Shown here piece after piece: positions 51,826 through 60,986 of a DNA stretch of 64,000 nt. The number at the start of each line of letters is the position of its first letter. Position 1 is the first letter of the stretch. The stretch comes from a virus (lineage: Duplodnaviria; Caudoviricetes): positions 1 to 64,000 of the IMG/VR virus record IMGVR_UViG_3300017766_003652, one strand, 5' to 3'. Under the pieces are notes generated by a model, which was not told the DNA's origin, did not search any database, and saw only the letters and a list, made by a program, of their open reading frames with translations. A program made the translations under genes and the position numbers.

Positions 51826-53691
51826 ATGTTCTACCGTTTCGACAAACTAGATCCCAGAACCCGCAACTGGCTCCGTACCCTTTACCGGGGCATGGAGCCT
51901 CACCAATTAACGGACCTTGTATGCACGGAAGAGGTCACCCGTGTGTTTCAACTCAAGTCCATAGAGACTCGGCGCCAGAACTGGGAGAGGGCCTGGGAAC
52001 CCAAGCTCGGGTCCCTCCTCCAGAAAGTCGGGCGGGAAGTGGCTCTGGACTACAGAGGGGCTCAGAGCGCGGAGCATGCCGTTACGGTTATGCGGCGGGA
52101 ACTGGAAGTCCCTTTGCACAGATCCCTGGTGGCTCTGTACTCTGATGTCCAGACCGAGTTCATCCGTATAGTCCCGGTAAGCCTGGCCGGCAAGAACTTC
52201 CAGCCGGTACAGTACGTGAAGCAGGATGACCCTTTCGATATCGATCCAGCAAACTGGCAGGAGCAGAACCCCTTGGATCTGCCCAAGATGCAAAAGTATA
52301 ACCGGCTGACCATCGGAGCCCACGTTTCAAAGATCCTGGAGAGCACGACCATCTGGATTAAAGAAATGGTCAGCGATGCCCTGGAGAATGGCTGGAGCGT
52401 TGACCGTACCGCCCAGAAGCTCACAGAGCTCTATGGGTTCTCGTTCAAGCGAGCTCGGCTCATCGCACAGACCGAGGTGGTTGGAGCCAGTAACGCGGCT
52501 ACCTACTTCTCCATGGACAAGAACGTCCCGACCGCCACCATGATAAAGGACTGGATCAACGCGGGAGACCATAGGGTTCGCGACTCCCACATAGATGCAG
52601 GACTATCCCAGCGAGGCATCCCCTTCAGCGATCCCTTCGAGGTCGGAGGCAGCCAGCTGATGTTTCCGGGAGACGCCTCCCTTGGGGCCTCAGGCCGGGA
52701 AATCATTGGGTGCCGCTGTACCGCCCTCTACCAGACTCCCGGATCTCGCCGGTCTCGGATCTACCAAGGGCTGCAGGAGAACAATGACCGGGCAAACGTA
52801 GGAGGTAAACGCCCGCAACCGGCACCAAAGCCGGCACCAAAGCCGGCACCTAAACCGAAACCGAGTCCCAAACCGAAACCCAAGCCGGCACCGATGCCCC
52901 CGCCCAAGCCAGCACCTCCACCTCCACCTCCAAAGCCGGCTCCTACTCCTCCACCTCCTCCAGCCCCTAAGCCGCCCCCTCCACCTCCACCTCCTCCTCC
53001 TCCACCTACCTGGCCTAAGCCAGCCCCTAAACCGGCACCAAAGCCGGCTCCTACACCAAAGCCAGCTCCAAAGCCAGCTCCTACACCTCCGCCCCCTCCA
53101 CCGCAACCCTCCGCGGCCCCGCCCGCCTCGGCTTTCTCCAGGGATCGCTCCAAGGTATTCCCTACCTTCAATGAGGCAAAAGAGTATTTGACAACGCAGG
53201 GGGTTAACTGGTGGAACAGATTGTACGAGGAAGAGAAGACTGCGACCATGAAGTATACCGGGCACGCCTATAAAAGAATCAATACAGCTCTGCGGGGTGG
53301 GAGTGTACTGTCCCCAGAAGGTAAACGAACCGTGGCTGATATTGATTCCGCTATCCGCAAGGGCGTGCTCCAGGATCAGCTCCTCGTCTACCGCGGTATC
53401 GAGAACGGGGCAAACCTCGCAGAGCTGAAACATCTCCAGGTCGGGGGCTACTATACCCCCTCTGCCTATATCTCTACCTCCATTCGATCAGAGGCTGCCT
53501 TTGGCGGGGACACCTTCATGAAGATCCACCTCCCAAAGGGTTCCAGGGTCGGACTGATAGACGGCAACTCCTATAATCCCCAAGAGCTGGAACTCCTCCT
53601 CCCTCGCGGGGCTAGGTTGAAACTGATTAGCACCAACACCGGGCACCGAGGGAGCAAGCCCGTTCGCATCCTGGAGTTTGTGCTTGAATAG
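51826..53691 (+). CDS. MuF/gpF-like minor head protein fused via a Pro-rich linker to a VIP2/C3-like ADP-ribosyltransferase
   Basis: ARLIAQTEV, KDW...D.RVRDSH, IGCRC (MuF); KYTG..YKRINTALR, VYRG, YISTS, ELELLLPRG (R-S-E ART). Confidence 0.9.
   Translation: MFYRFDKLDPRTRNWLRTLYRGMEPHQLTDLVCTEEVTRVFQLKSIETRRQNWERAWEPKLGSLLQKVGREVALDYRGAQSAEHAVTVMRRELEVPLHRSLVALYSDVQTEFIRIVPVSLAGKNFQPVQYVKQDDPFDIDPANWQEQNPLDLPKMQKYNRLTIGAHVSKILESTTIWIKEMVSDALENGWSVDRTAQKLTELYGFSFKRARLIAQTEVVGASNAATYFSMDKNVPTATMIKDWINAGDHRVRDSHIDAGLSQRGIPFSDPFEVGGSQLMFPGDASLGASGREIIGCRCTALYQTPGSRRSRIYQGLQENNDRANVGGKRPQPAPKPAPKPAPKPKPSPKPKPKPAPMPPPKPAPPPPPPKPAPTPPPPPAPKPPPPPPPPPPPPTWPKPAPKPAPKPAPTPKPAPKPAPTPPPPPPQPSAAPPASAFSRDRSKVFPTFNEAKEYLTTQGVNWWNRLYEEEKTATMKYTGHAYKRINTALRGGSVLSPEGKRTVADIDSAIRKGVLQDQLLVYRGIENGANLAELKHLQVGGYYTPSAYISTSIRSEAAFGGDTFMKIHLPKGSRVGLIDGNSYNPQELELLLPRGARLKLISTNTGHRGSKPVRILEFVLE
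52810..53125 (+). repeat. coding Pro/Lys/Ala tandem repeats (PAPK, poly-Pro)
   Basis: CCGGCACCAAAG-type 12-mers and CCTCCA runs. Confidence 0.85.
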
Positions 53692-53721
53692 TGCGGCAAA
53701 CTTTGATAGACTGGATTCGTA

Positions 53722-53904
53722 ATGGCAGACTTCGAAAAGACCGACAAGTGGCTAGCTCCCCTGGGTGGGTACGTTACCCTCCCAGATGGAACCCCCATAG
53801 TTCCGACCGATGACGATAAGCTGGTACGTCATCGGGTGACGGGGCAACTGGGGCGAATTTTCAATGGAAAGTTCGTCCCGGAAGAAGAAACCCCCAACGT
53901 CTGA
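53722..53904 (+). CDS. 60 aa hypothetical protein
   Basis: ORF between the ART gene and the protease gene. Confidence 0.55.
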   Translation: MADFEKTDKWLAPLGGYVTLPDGTPIVPTDDDKLVRHRVTGQLGRIFNGKFVPEEETPNV

Positions 53905-53948
53905 CTAGGCAACCTCCCGATAATTACGGGAGAGGCCCAGATCAGACA

Positions 53949-54749
53949 ATGAAGAAAAAGTACATTCACTGCCAGCTGGCTAAGGTCGAGGTGAAAGCCG
54001 ATCTGCCGGAGCAGTACCCGAACGGGTATATTGAAGGCTACGCCTCCGTGTTTGGCAACGTGGATAACGGCAGGGAAGTTGTCGTTAAGGGCGCTTTCGC
54101 TAAGACCCTCCGCGAGCGGCTAAAGCGGGGCATGATTAAGCTCATGGACAACCACCAGTTCCACGTAGGGACAGGTGCGGTGGTTGGCCTCGTCACAGAG
54201 GCAAAAGAGGATGACTACGGGCTATGGTTCCGAGCCCGGCTCTCGGCCGTACAGAACGCCCAAGACATCCGCACCAAGATTTCGGAGGGCATCCTGAACG
54301 CTCTGTCGTTTGGGTATGATGTCCTTCAATACGAGATGGACGAGGGCAAGAAACTCCGCAAGCTCGTGGAACTTCGGCTCCATGAGGTCAGCGTGGTTAT
54401 CTGGGGGATGAACTCTCAGGCCCTCATCACTGAGGCCAAAGGTACCAACGGGGAAGCCGAGGAAACCGGCTTCGCTCAGGGCTTTGAGCTGGACGAACCC
54501 CAGACCAAAGGAGATCCGGAACCGGAACCCGCTCCGGCGCCGGTTGATCCTCCCGCTCCCGTTGATCCTCCGGTGGACCCGCCCGCCCCGGTTGATCCTC
54601 CGGTCGATCCTCCGGCCCCGGTTGATCCTCCGGAAGGAGAGAAGGGGGTCTCCTCGGAGGAGATCGCCCAGTTCCTCGCCGAGATGGAGGCCACGACCTT
54701 CAAGCACTTGGTTCTCGGAACCGCCCGGCAGTTCAACATCAAAGACTAG
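53949..54749 (+). CDS. HK97-type prohead maturation protease
   Basis: IEGYASVFGNVD, KGAF, DNH, LSFGY, LHEVSVV; C-terminal PAPVDP repeats. Confidence 0.93.
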   Translation: MKKKYIHCQLAKVEVKADLPEQYPNGYIEGYASVFGNVDNGREVVVKGAFAKTLRERLKRGMIKLMDNHQFHVGTGAVVGLVTEAKEDDYGLWFRARLSAVQNAQDIRTKISEGILNALSFGYDVLQYEMDEGKKLRKLVELRLHEVSVVIWGMNSQALITEAKGTNGEAEETGFAQGFELDEPQTKGDPEPEPAPAPVDPPAPVDPPVDPPAPVDPPVDPPAPVDPPEGEKGVSSEEIAQFLAEMEATTFKHLVLGTARQFNIKD

Positions 54750-54771
54750 GCGAGATCCTGGCAGTAAGAGG

Positions 54772-54808
54772 ACCCCGGAGTTTCTACAGAGGCTCCGGGG
54801 TTTCTTCT
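54772..54808 (+). terminator. intrinsic terminator
   Basis: CCCCGGAG / CTCCGGGG then TTTCTTCT. Confidence 0.65.
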
Positions 54809-54946
54809 GTCAACTTTTCTACCTGCCGATAATCAAGAGCGACCAGGCACTCTGCCCCGCTCATAACGAGCAGAGCCGCCTCCTACCTGCAGCGAGCCGG
54901 ACCATCGTGCACCACTCGGGCAAACAACACCATTTAGGAGATAAGT

Positions 54947-56215
54947 ATGAATCGCGAAGAACTGGAGCAGATGCAGAAGACCTTTACCGGCTTCAAAACT
55001 TTGCTCGATACGCAGGCAGCGGAACTCAAGACGACCGGGCAACTTTCCAGCGAGACCAAGGAACGGCTGGACAAGTTCAATGCCAAGTTCGATGAGCTGG
55101 AAAAGGGCATCAACGAACGCATGGATCGCATCGATGCGATCAAGGCCTTCCAGGCGGACGTCGAGAAGCGCATCGGCGAGATTGAGGCCACCTTCTCCCG
55201 CAAGGGCAAGTTCACTCACACCTCCGAGGTGGAGACCGAGGCCAAGCGCCTCCTGAGTCTCAAGTGGGGAGCCCTGGAAAAGGTCCTCCGCAAGGGCATC
55301 GCGCCGCAGGGGCTCAAGGGTACGGATGAGCTGACCCCGGAAGAGCTGAAGGCCTTGACGGTCTCCAGCAACCCGCAGGCCGGCTACCTGGCGCCCAAGG
55401 AATACGTCATGGAGATCCTGACGGATGTTGTCGAGTGGTCCCCGGTTCGGCCCCTGTGCCGCATCCGCACCACCGGCCGCAGCGGCATCGAGATCCCGCG
55501 CCGGTTGACCCCGGCCGCCGCCTCCTGGGTCAGTGAAACGGGGACCCGGTCCGAGACCACGAACCCGACCTTCACGATGGAAACGATTCCGACCCATGAG
55601 CTGTACGCCATGGTCCAGGTTTCGGCGCAGGAGATGGAAGACTCCCTGTTCGACCTCCAGGCCTTCCTGCGGGAAGAGTTTGGCGAGCAGTTCGGCGTGA
55701 CCGAAGGTGCGGCCCTGGTCGATGGCAACGGCGTTGGCCGGCCGGAAGGTTTCATGCAGCACACCGGCATCGGTCATGAGGTTTCGGAGCACGCCTCCGA
55801 GATCACCGCCGATGGCCTCCTGAATGCGTACCATGCGCTGAAGGAAGCCTACCTGGCGAACGCCACCTGGGTCATGTCCCGCAGCACTCTGCGCGACATC
55901 CGGAAGCTCAAGGATGCCACCGGTAACTACCTGTGGTCGCCCGGCATCAAGATGGAAGCCCGCCCGGCTCAGTTGCTCGACCGCCCGTACGTCACCGCTC
56001 CCGACATGCCGTCGATTGCGGCCAATGCGTACCCCGTCATCGTCGGCGACTTCCGCCGCGGCTACCTCCTGGTGGACCGCATCGAAATGTCCATGATGGT
56101 CGACCCCTACACCGCCAAGCGAACCGGCATGATCGAGATCAGCGCCCGCAAGCGGGTCGGTGGTCAGGTCGTCATCGCGGATGCGTTCAAGAAGCTCAAG
56201 ATCGCTGCCGCCTAA
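54947..56215 (+). CDS. major capsid protein, HK97 fold with delta domain
   Basis: coiled-coil N-terminus, GYLAPKE, ASWVSE, GNGVGRPEG, KDATGNYLW, GDFRRGY, RVGG. Confidence 0.95.
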   Translation: MNREELEQMQKTFTGFKTLLDTQAAELKTTGQLSSETKERLDKFNAKFDELEKGINERMDRIDAIKAFQADVEKRIGEIEATFSRKGKFTHTSEVETEAKRLLSLKWGALEKVLRKGIAPQGLKGTDELTPEELKALTVSSNPQAGYLAPKEYVMEILTDVVEWSPVRPLCRIRTTGRSGIEIPRRLTPAAASWVSETGTRSETTNPTFTMETIPTHELYAMVQVSAQEMEDSLFDLQAFLREEFGEQFGVTEGAALVDGNGVGRPEGFMQHTGIGHEVSEHASEITADGLLNAYHALKEAYLANATWVMSRSTLRDIRKLKDATGNYLWSPGIKMEARPAQLLDRPYVTAPDMPSIAANAYPVIVGDFRRGYLLVDRIEMSMMVDPYTAKRTGMIEISARKRVGGQVVIADAFKKLKIAAA

Positions 56216-56266
56216 ACACGATGGGGAGGGCCACCCCTCCCCTTAACCAAGAAAGGAATCACCACC

Positions 56267-56701
56267 GTGTACAACCAACCGTGTTATTCAAGGCAGCGTG
56301 ACGGCAACCCCTCCTTCCAGGGCGGGGGCTCCGTTGTTTACTCTGTCCAGGGCACCGCGACCCTCGCTCAGATCAACGCCGGGCTAACGGTAGTGGCCGG
56401 AGTCCCCGGCCAGCAGATCAAAGTGATTGGTGGCCGGGTCAAGGCCAACGGCGCATTCGAGGCCCTCACCGCGATCGAACTCCAGGAAGAAGACGGCAGC
56501 CCCGTTATCGCCGGCTGGTCTCAGGCAACTCTGACCAACGGAGCGGTGTTCGATCTTCGCAACACCATCTCCGGGCAAACCATCGGTGCCGGCTTCATGG
56601 CCGCGCTCACCGCTGGTAAAGGCCTCCTGCTGACCAAGACCGGCGGCACTGCCACCACCGCAACCTCTCTCGACTACATCATTGACTTCGTCGTGGTCTA
56701 G
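56267..56701 (+). CDS. putative head decoration/structural protein
   Basis: position after the capsid gene; AAAGGA RBS, GTG start. Confidence 0.55.
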   Translation: MYNQPCYSRQRDGNPSFQGGGSVVYSVQGTATLAQINAGLTVVAGVPGQQIKVIGGRVKANGAFEALTAIELQEEDGSPVIAGWSQATLTNGAVFDLRNTISGQTIGAGFMAALTAGKGLLLTKTGGTATTATSLDYIIDFVVV

Positions 56702-56734
56702 TCCGCACAAACAAGCGAAAGGACATCAACCTCT

Positions 56735-57175
56735 ATGAATCCCGATCTTTTCAACTCTGTTACTCCCACCCTGGAAGAAGCGCGGGCGACCGTGACGGCC
56801 TCCGGTGACGACATCATCGATACCAAGGGCTTTGCGGACATCCTGTTCCTGGTGGAGATCAGTGCCGTTGCCGCGGGTGACTCCAGCAACTACCTCCAGT
56901 TCACCGTCGAGGAATCCGACGATGACGACTTCAGCGATGGTACGGAAGCCGTGGTTACCGACTCGGCGCGCCTGACCTCGGATGCGGCTTCCAAGGTGAT
57001 CGCCTCCGGCGTGGTCCTCAAGATCGCCGATACGGGCCTGGCCAACACCCTGGTCACCTTCGGCTACAAGCCGGGGACCAAGCGTTACGTGCGGGTCAAG
57101 TGGACCGAAACCGGCACGGCCTCGGCCGTGTTCAGCCTCATCTCCCTCAAGAACGCCGCCCGTCATCTCGACTAG
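56735..57175 (+). CDS. putative structural protein (beta-sandwich)
   Basis: IDTKGF...EESDD..FSD...KRYVRV pattern common after capsid genes. Confidence 0.6.
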   Translation: MNPDLFNSVTPTLEEARATVTASGDDIIDTKGFADILFLVEISAVAAGDSSNYLQFTVEESDDDDFSDGTEAVVTDSARLTSDAASKVIASGVVLKIADTGLANTLVTFGYKPGTKRYVRVKWTETGTASAVFSLISLKNAARHLD

Positions 57176-57205
57176 TCCTTACCGGCTAGTTCATCAATAA
57201 ACCGG

Positions 57206-57240
57206 CAGGCCCCGCGCAGAAATGCCGGGGCCTGACTTCT
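57206..57240 (+). terminator. intrinsic terminator
   Basis: CAGGCCCCG / CGGGGCCTG then ACTTCT. Confidence 0.5.
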
Positions 57241-57255
57241 AGGAGGGTTTCTTTT

Positions 57256-57969
57256 ATGGCATGGATCGACGAGGTACTTGAGAGCGAACTATCCGGGGGC
57301 TCCAGGGGTACGAACTTTTCCCTGGACCTCAGTGTGGATAGTGCCGTGGAGCCGGTCTCCCTGGCGGAGCTACAGAGCCACCTGTACCTGACCCGGGCCT
57401 CCACCTCGCAGCAGGAGGATCTGGTCCGCTTCGGCAAGGCTGCCCGGCAACATATCGAGAAGCAGATTAACAAAGCTCTGATTCAGCAAACGTGGTTTCA
57501 ATACTACGATCGCCCCCACGCGACCCGAGGGCTCCCCCTACACAAAGGCCCTTACCCTACACTGGGAGTCGTCAGTATCGACTACCAAGCGAACTGGGAC
57601 GTGGATACTTGGACCAATTGGCCTTCCTCAAACTACGCGGTGGTCAAAGGGCGGGAAGTACAGGCTCGGAGCTCCTGGCCCTCGCACCGCGGCAACGGCT
57701 CCCTCCGGGTTACCTTTCGCACAGGGTACGCCCTGCTGGATCTTTCCGGGGATGACGATGCGGATGTAATAGCGATTGCCGCTGCTCGGGCGGCCATCCC
57801 TGGCGATCTTCTCAAGAGCGTTAAGGATCTAGCCGGTTTCTACTTTGAGAACCGTGAGGGGCAAGGGGTGGAACCCAAGTACGAGGTCACGGCAAAGAGC
57901 AGCACCGCGTTGCCCTCCTCGGTCGTATCCGTGATTGAGCAGTACCGGGACCGGAGGTTCCTGTCCTAA
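57256..57969 (+). CDS. head-tail connector (gp6/phiE125 gp8-like)
   Basis: EPVSLAELQSHL, AARQHIEK..LIQQTW, FRTGY, FYFENRE. Confidence 0.85.
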   Translation: MAWIDEVLESELSGGSRGTNFSLDLSVDSAVEPVSLAELQSHLYLTRASTSQQEDLVRFGKAARQHIEKQINKALIQQTWFQYYDRPHATRGLPLHKGPYPTLGVVSIDYQANWDVDTWTNWPSSNYAVVKGREVQARSSWPSHRGNGSLRVTFRTGYALLDLSGDDDADVIAIAAARAAIPGDLLKSVKDLAGFYFENREGQGVEPKYEVTAKSSTALPSSVVSVIEQYRDRRFLS

Positions 57970-58319
57970 TGGCACGTCAAGCTTTCCAGGTAGAGGCTGG
58001 AGACCTCCGGGAGCCCGTATACATTCAGACCCGGGTTGCCGTAGCCGATGACGGGGGTGGGCAGGAAGTCTCTTTTGCGGATGAGTTCGAGACCTACGCC
58101 AAGGTGACCCCGCTCTTCTCGCAGGATCGCTGGCAGGCTCTGGGCATCCAGGAGGCCCTAACCCATGAGGTAGTGGTCCGGTACGACTCGGCAATCACTA
58201 CCAAGAAACGGGTCCGGTTCGATGACAGGTTCTTTCTGATTATGGGGATTCTGGACCCCAGCCTCCGGGGGCGCCGCATGATCCTCGGCTGCAAAGAAGT
58301 AGTAAACAAGAAGGGCTAA
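57969..58319 (+). CDS. head closure/adaptor (SPP1 gp16-like)
   Basis: AGDLRE.V.IQ, DDGGG, THEVVVRY, RV.FDDR.F.I. Confidence 0.88.
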   Translation: MARQAFQVEAGDLREPVYIQTRVAVADDGGGQEVSFADEFETYAKVTPLFSQDRWQALGIQEALTHEVVVRYDSAITTKKRVRFDDRFFLIMGILDPSLRGRRMILGCKEVVNKKG

Positions 58320-58772
58320 ATGGCAAAGCGAGCTGTGAACATAGGAATGATGGGGCATCGGGAGATCTACCGCAAACTGAAGGATATGCCAGCCTCAGTC
58401 AGAAACGAAGTATCGAACGTGCTTCTGGATAGCTCCATAGCCATCATGAACGATGCCAGGATTCGGGCCCCGGTCCGAAAACTTGGCAAGGTTATCGGTG
58501 GGCGCCTCCGGGCCTCTATCAATGTGGTCTTCTTTGATAACGGGCTTACGGCTGATGTCGGAACGGATGTGGAGTACGCCCCCTTCGTGGAGTTTGGGAC
58601 CGGCCGCCGCGGGGCCGCCTCTGGGCACTACATCCTCCCGGAGGGATACGTCCATGGACCCAAGGCCGGTATGCCCGCACAACCTTTTCTGCGGCCGGCC
58701 TACTTGGCCGAGATCGACCACTTTAAGAAGAAGCTAAAGTCGGCTTTCAAGAAAGGACTGGACGGCAAATGA
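58320..58772 (+). CDS. HK97 gp10-like tail completion protein
   Basis: APV...GRLRASI, YAPFVEFGT, MPAQPFLRPA. Confidence 0.88.
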   Translation: MAKRAVNIGMMGHREIYRKLKDMPASVRNEVSNVLLDSSIAIMNDARIRAPVRKLGKVIGGRLRASINVVFFDNGLTADVGTDVEYAPFVEFGTGRRGAASGHYILPEGYVHGPKAGMPAQPFLRPAYLAEIDHFKKKLKSAFKKGLDGK

Positions 58773-59230
58773 ATGTACCTACGACCGCAAGCTGGGACGC
58801 CCAGCTATTCATTGTCGAGACCCTCAAGGGGTTCCCGGATCTGAGCAATATGGTCGGGGGTCGGGTCTATGACGGGAGCGCCCCGCGGGTTTCCGTCCAG
58901 GATCATTCCGGACCCCTGTTCCCATATATTCTGCTGGACAGTTGGAACATCCTGCCCCGGAATACGATGAACCGGATAGGCAAAGATGTATCCTGCTCTA
59001 TCCACATCTTCAGCGACTACAAAGGGACTAAGGAGGTCAACGCCATTGCGGCCCTGATAGAACTCCTCCTCAATCATCCCGCCCCGGCCTTTGTAGAGAA
59101 CTGGCATATCGAGTTCTGCCGTATCGAGGGTGGAAACATCCTCATGGAATCAGGCGATGAGGGAGAGGAACCCCTCCGCCACATGATCCTCCGAGCCCGC
59201 ATGTTCCTCAAAGCAAAGGAAACCCGATGA
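58769..59230 (+). CDS. tail terminator (DUF3168-like)
   Basis: GRVYD, FPYI, IHIFSDYKG.KEV..IA. Confidence 0.8.
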   Translation: MNVPTTASWDAQLFIVETLKGFPDLSNMVGGRVYDGSAPRVSVQDHSGPLFPYILLDSWNILPRNTMNRIGKDVSCSIHIFSDYKGTKEVNAIAALIELLLNHPAPAFVENWHIEFCRIEGGNILMESGDEGEEPLRHMILRARMFLKAKETR

Positions 59231-59628
59231 GCTTTAAGAAACTACCGACCGAAGAAGAGCTGACCCCGGAGGCTCTCAAGAATGGCTACTACATGAGCAC
59301 GTGGCGGGATCTCCCGAACCACCGCTGCATCAAGTGCCCCTTCTCCACCCTGTCCCAAACTGAGGCGGAACTGCACTACTTCTACAAGCACGTAATGAAC
59401 AACACCGCCCCCTCGGTTATCCAATCAACTCGCCCGGCTGAGGCCAAGCTGGTCGGACCTAACGGAGCTCCTATCACCGAGATCCCCATTCAGGTGGAGG
59501 GGAAATCTATCCAGCTCCCAGCGGGGTACACCCCACCGGAAACGGTTATCCGCCACCTGGAACAGGCTGCCGAGGGTCCTGCCGATAATCAAACTGACGG
59601 CTCTGAGCCGAGATTCAAAAGGAGATAA
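59227..59628 (+). CDS. hypothetical protein with C2H2-like motif
   Basis: CIKCPF...HYFYKH. Confidence 0.6.
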   Translation: MSFKKLPTEEELTPEALKNGYYMSTWRDLPNHRCIKCPFSTLSQTEAELHYFYKHVMNNTAPSVIQSTRPAEAKLVGPNGAPITEIPIQVEGKSIQLPAGYTPPETVIRHLEQAAEGPADNQTDGSEPRFKRR

Positions 59629-59634
59629 CACCAT

Positions 59635-59991
59635 ATGGCACGAACAGCACTCACTGTCACCACGGCTCCGGGCGCCTACCCTACGGCCGGCGTGGCCTTG
59701 ACCTGGGATTCAGCGGATGCCTCGAACGGGAATGACTTCGTCTTTACCGGGCGGGAACTGATTCTGGTGCGGAATGCCCATGCGTCCACGGCAAAGACCG
59801 TTACGCTTACCTCTGCCGCTGATCCGCAGGGGCGTAGCGGCGACATCACAGCGGAATCGCTGGCGGCCGGGGTGGTCCGTTGCTTTGGTCCCTTCCGGAA
59901 CAAGACCGGCTGGAATCAATCCGGGGGCAAGTTTCACTTGACCGCCGAGGATAACAACATCAAATTCGCCGTGATCCGGCTGCCCAAGTAA
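59635..59991 (+). CDS. putative tail/structural protein, paralog 1
   Basis: visible alignment with the 60015 product. Confidence 0.7.
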   Translation: MARTALTVTTAPGAYPTAGVALTWDSADASNGNDFVFTGRELILVRNAHASTAKTVTLTSAADPQGRSGDITAESLAAGVVRCFGPFRNKTGWNQSGGKFHLTAEDNNIKFAVIRLPK

Positions 59992-60014
59992 GGGACGGAA
60001 AGGAAACCACCCAG

Positions 60015-60365
60015 ATGCCTCGTGTACTCATTACCAAGACAACCGCGCCGGGCTCGTACCCCACCGCTGGCGTTACCGTATCGTTCCAGGATGCGGCCCC
60101 GGCCAGCGACGAGCACTTCATCATGGAGGGGAACGACCTCCTGATTGCCCGCAACACCCACGCAACGGACCCGTTCACGGTCACCATCACTTCGCAGCCC
60201 AGTTCCCGCAACCGCTCCCGCGACATTACCGCGGAATCCTTGGCGGCGGGAGCGTACAAGATCTATGGTCCCTTCACTGACCGGGATGGCTGGTCTGCGG
60301 ACGGCTACCTCCAGTGCGAGGCCTCCGATGCCTCCATCGAATTTGCCGTTATCAAAACGGCGTAA
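60015..60365 (+). CDS. putative tail/structural protein, paralog 2
   Basis: TTAPG.YPTAGV, RNAH/RNTH, DITAESLAAG, GPF, FAVI shared with 59635. Confidence 0.7.
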   Translation: MPRVLITKTTAPGSYPTAGVTVSFQDAAPASDEHFIMEGNDLLIARNTHATDPFTVTITSQPSSRNRSRDITAESLAAGAYKIYGPFTDRDGWSADGYLQCEASDASIEFAVIKTA

Positions 60366-60431
60366 CCTCTCGACCTCAAGTTAGTTGAAACACTTTGGGG
60401 CTGGTGCCCCTCCATCTGAAAGGAATACAGC

Positions 60432-60866
60432 ATGAGCAGCGTAGCAATCAGCGCCTTTGGAACACTCGTTCAGATCGGGGATGGTGGCACGCCCGAAGCG
60501 TTTACCACTATCGCCGAGTTGCGGACGATCTCCGGCCCCTCTCTGACCGCGGATGTGATCGATGTCACCGTACACAATACGGCGACTCCGTTCCGCCGCT
60601 TCATTAGCGGCTTGATCGATGGCGGCGAGATCCAGATTGACATCAACTTCGTTCCCCAGGAAACGACCCACAGCTACAGCACGGGCCTTCTGGCGGATAT
60701 GTTGAACCGCACCCGCCGCAACTTCGCCCTCGTGTTCCCGGACTCGGGCACGACCACCTGGATTATCCCCGGCATCATCACCAGCTTCGAGTGCTCCTCG
60801 GACCCGGCTGATGTTTTGATGGCCTCGGTGACGATCAAGGTTTCCGGCCCGCCGACCTTCGAGTAG
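60432..60866 (+). CDS. tail tube (major tail) protein
   Basis: GTLVQIGDG...ISGPSLTADVIDVT...GLIDGGE...GIITSF...TIKVSG.P. Confidence 0.88.
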   Translation: MSSVAISAFGTLVQIGDGGTPEAFTTIAELRTISGPSLTADVIDVTVHNTATPFRRFISGLIDGGEIQIDINFVPQETTHSYSTGLLADMLNRTRRNFALVFPDSGTTTWIIPGIITSFECSSDPADVLMASVTIKVSGPPTFE

Positions 60867-60986
60867 TACGCAGGCGGCTGGCATCGACCCAGACAAGCCG
60901 GAGTTCGCGAGGGTACCTTGGGTACCCTCCCGGCTCCGGTAACTCGTTACAGGACGCCCTGAGCGGAAAATAAGGACAGCGTAATT

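Noticed and set aside
19920-54835. TCTGTC-N15-CGATAAT as the phage sigma promoter (19921 and 54806)
   Set aside because: Only two copies; in both, TCTGTC is the tail of a terminator U-tract, and other CGATAA sites (49620, 53918) lack it.
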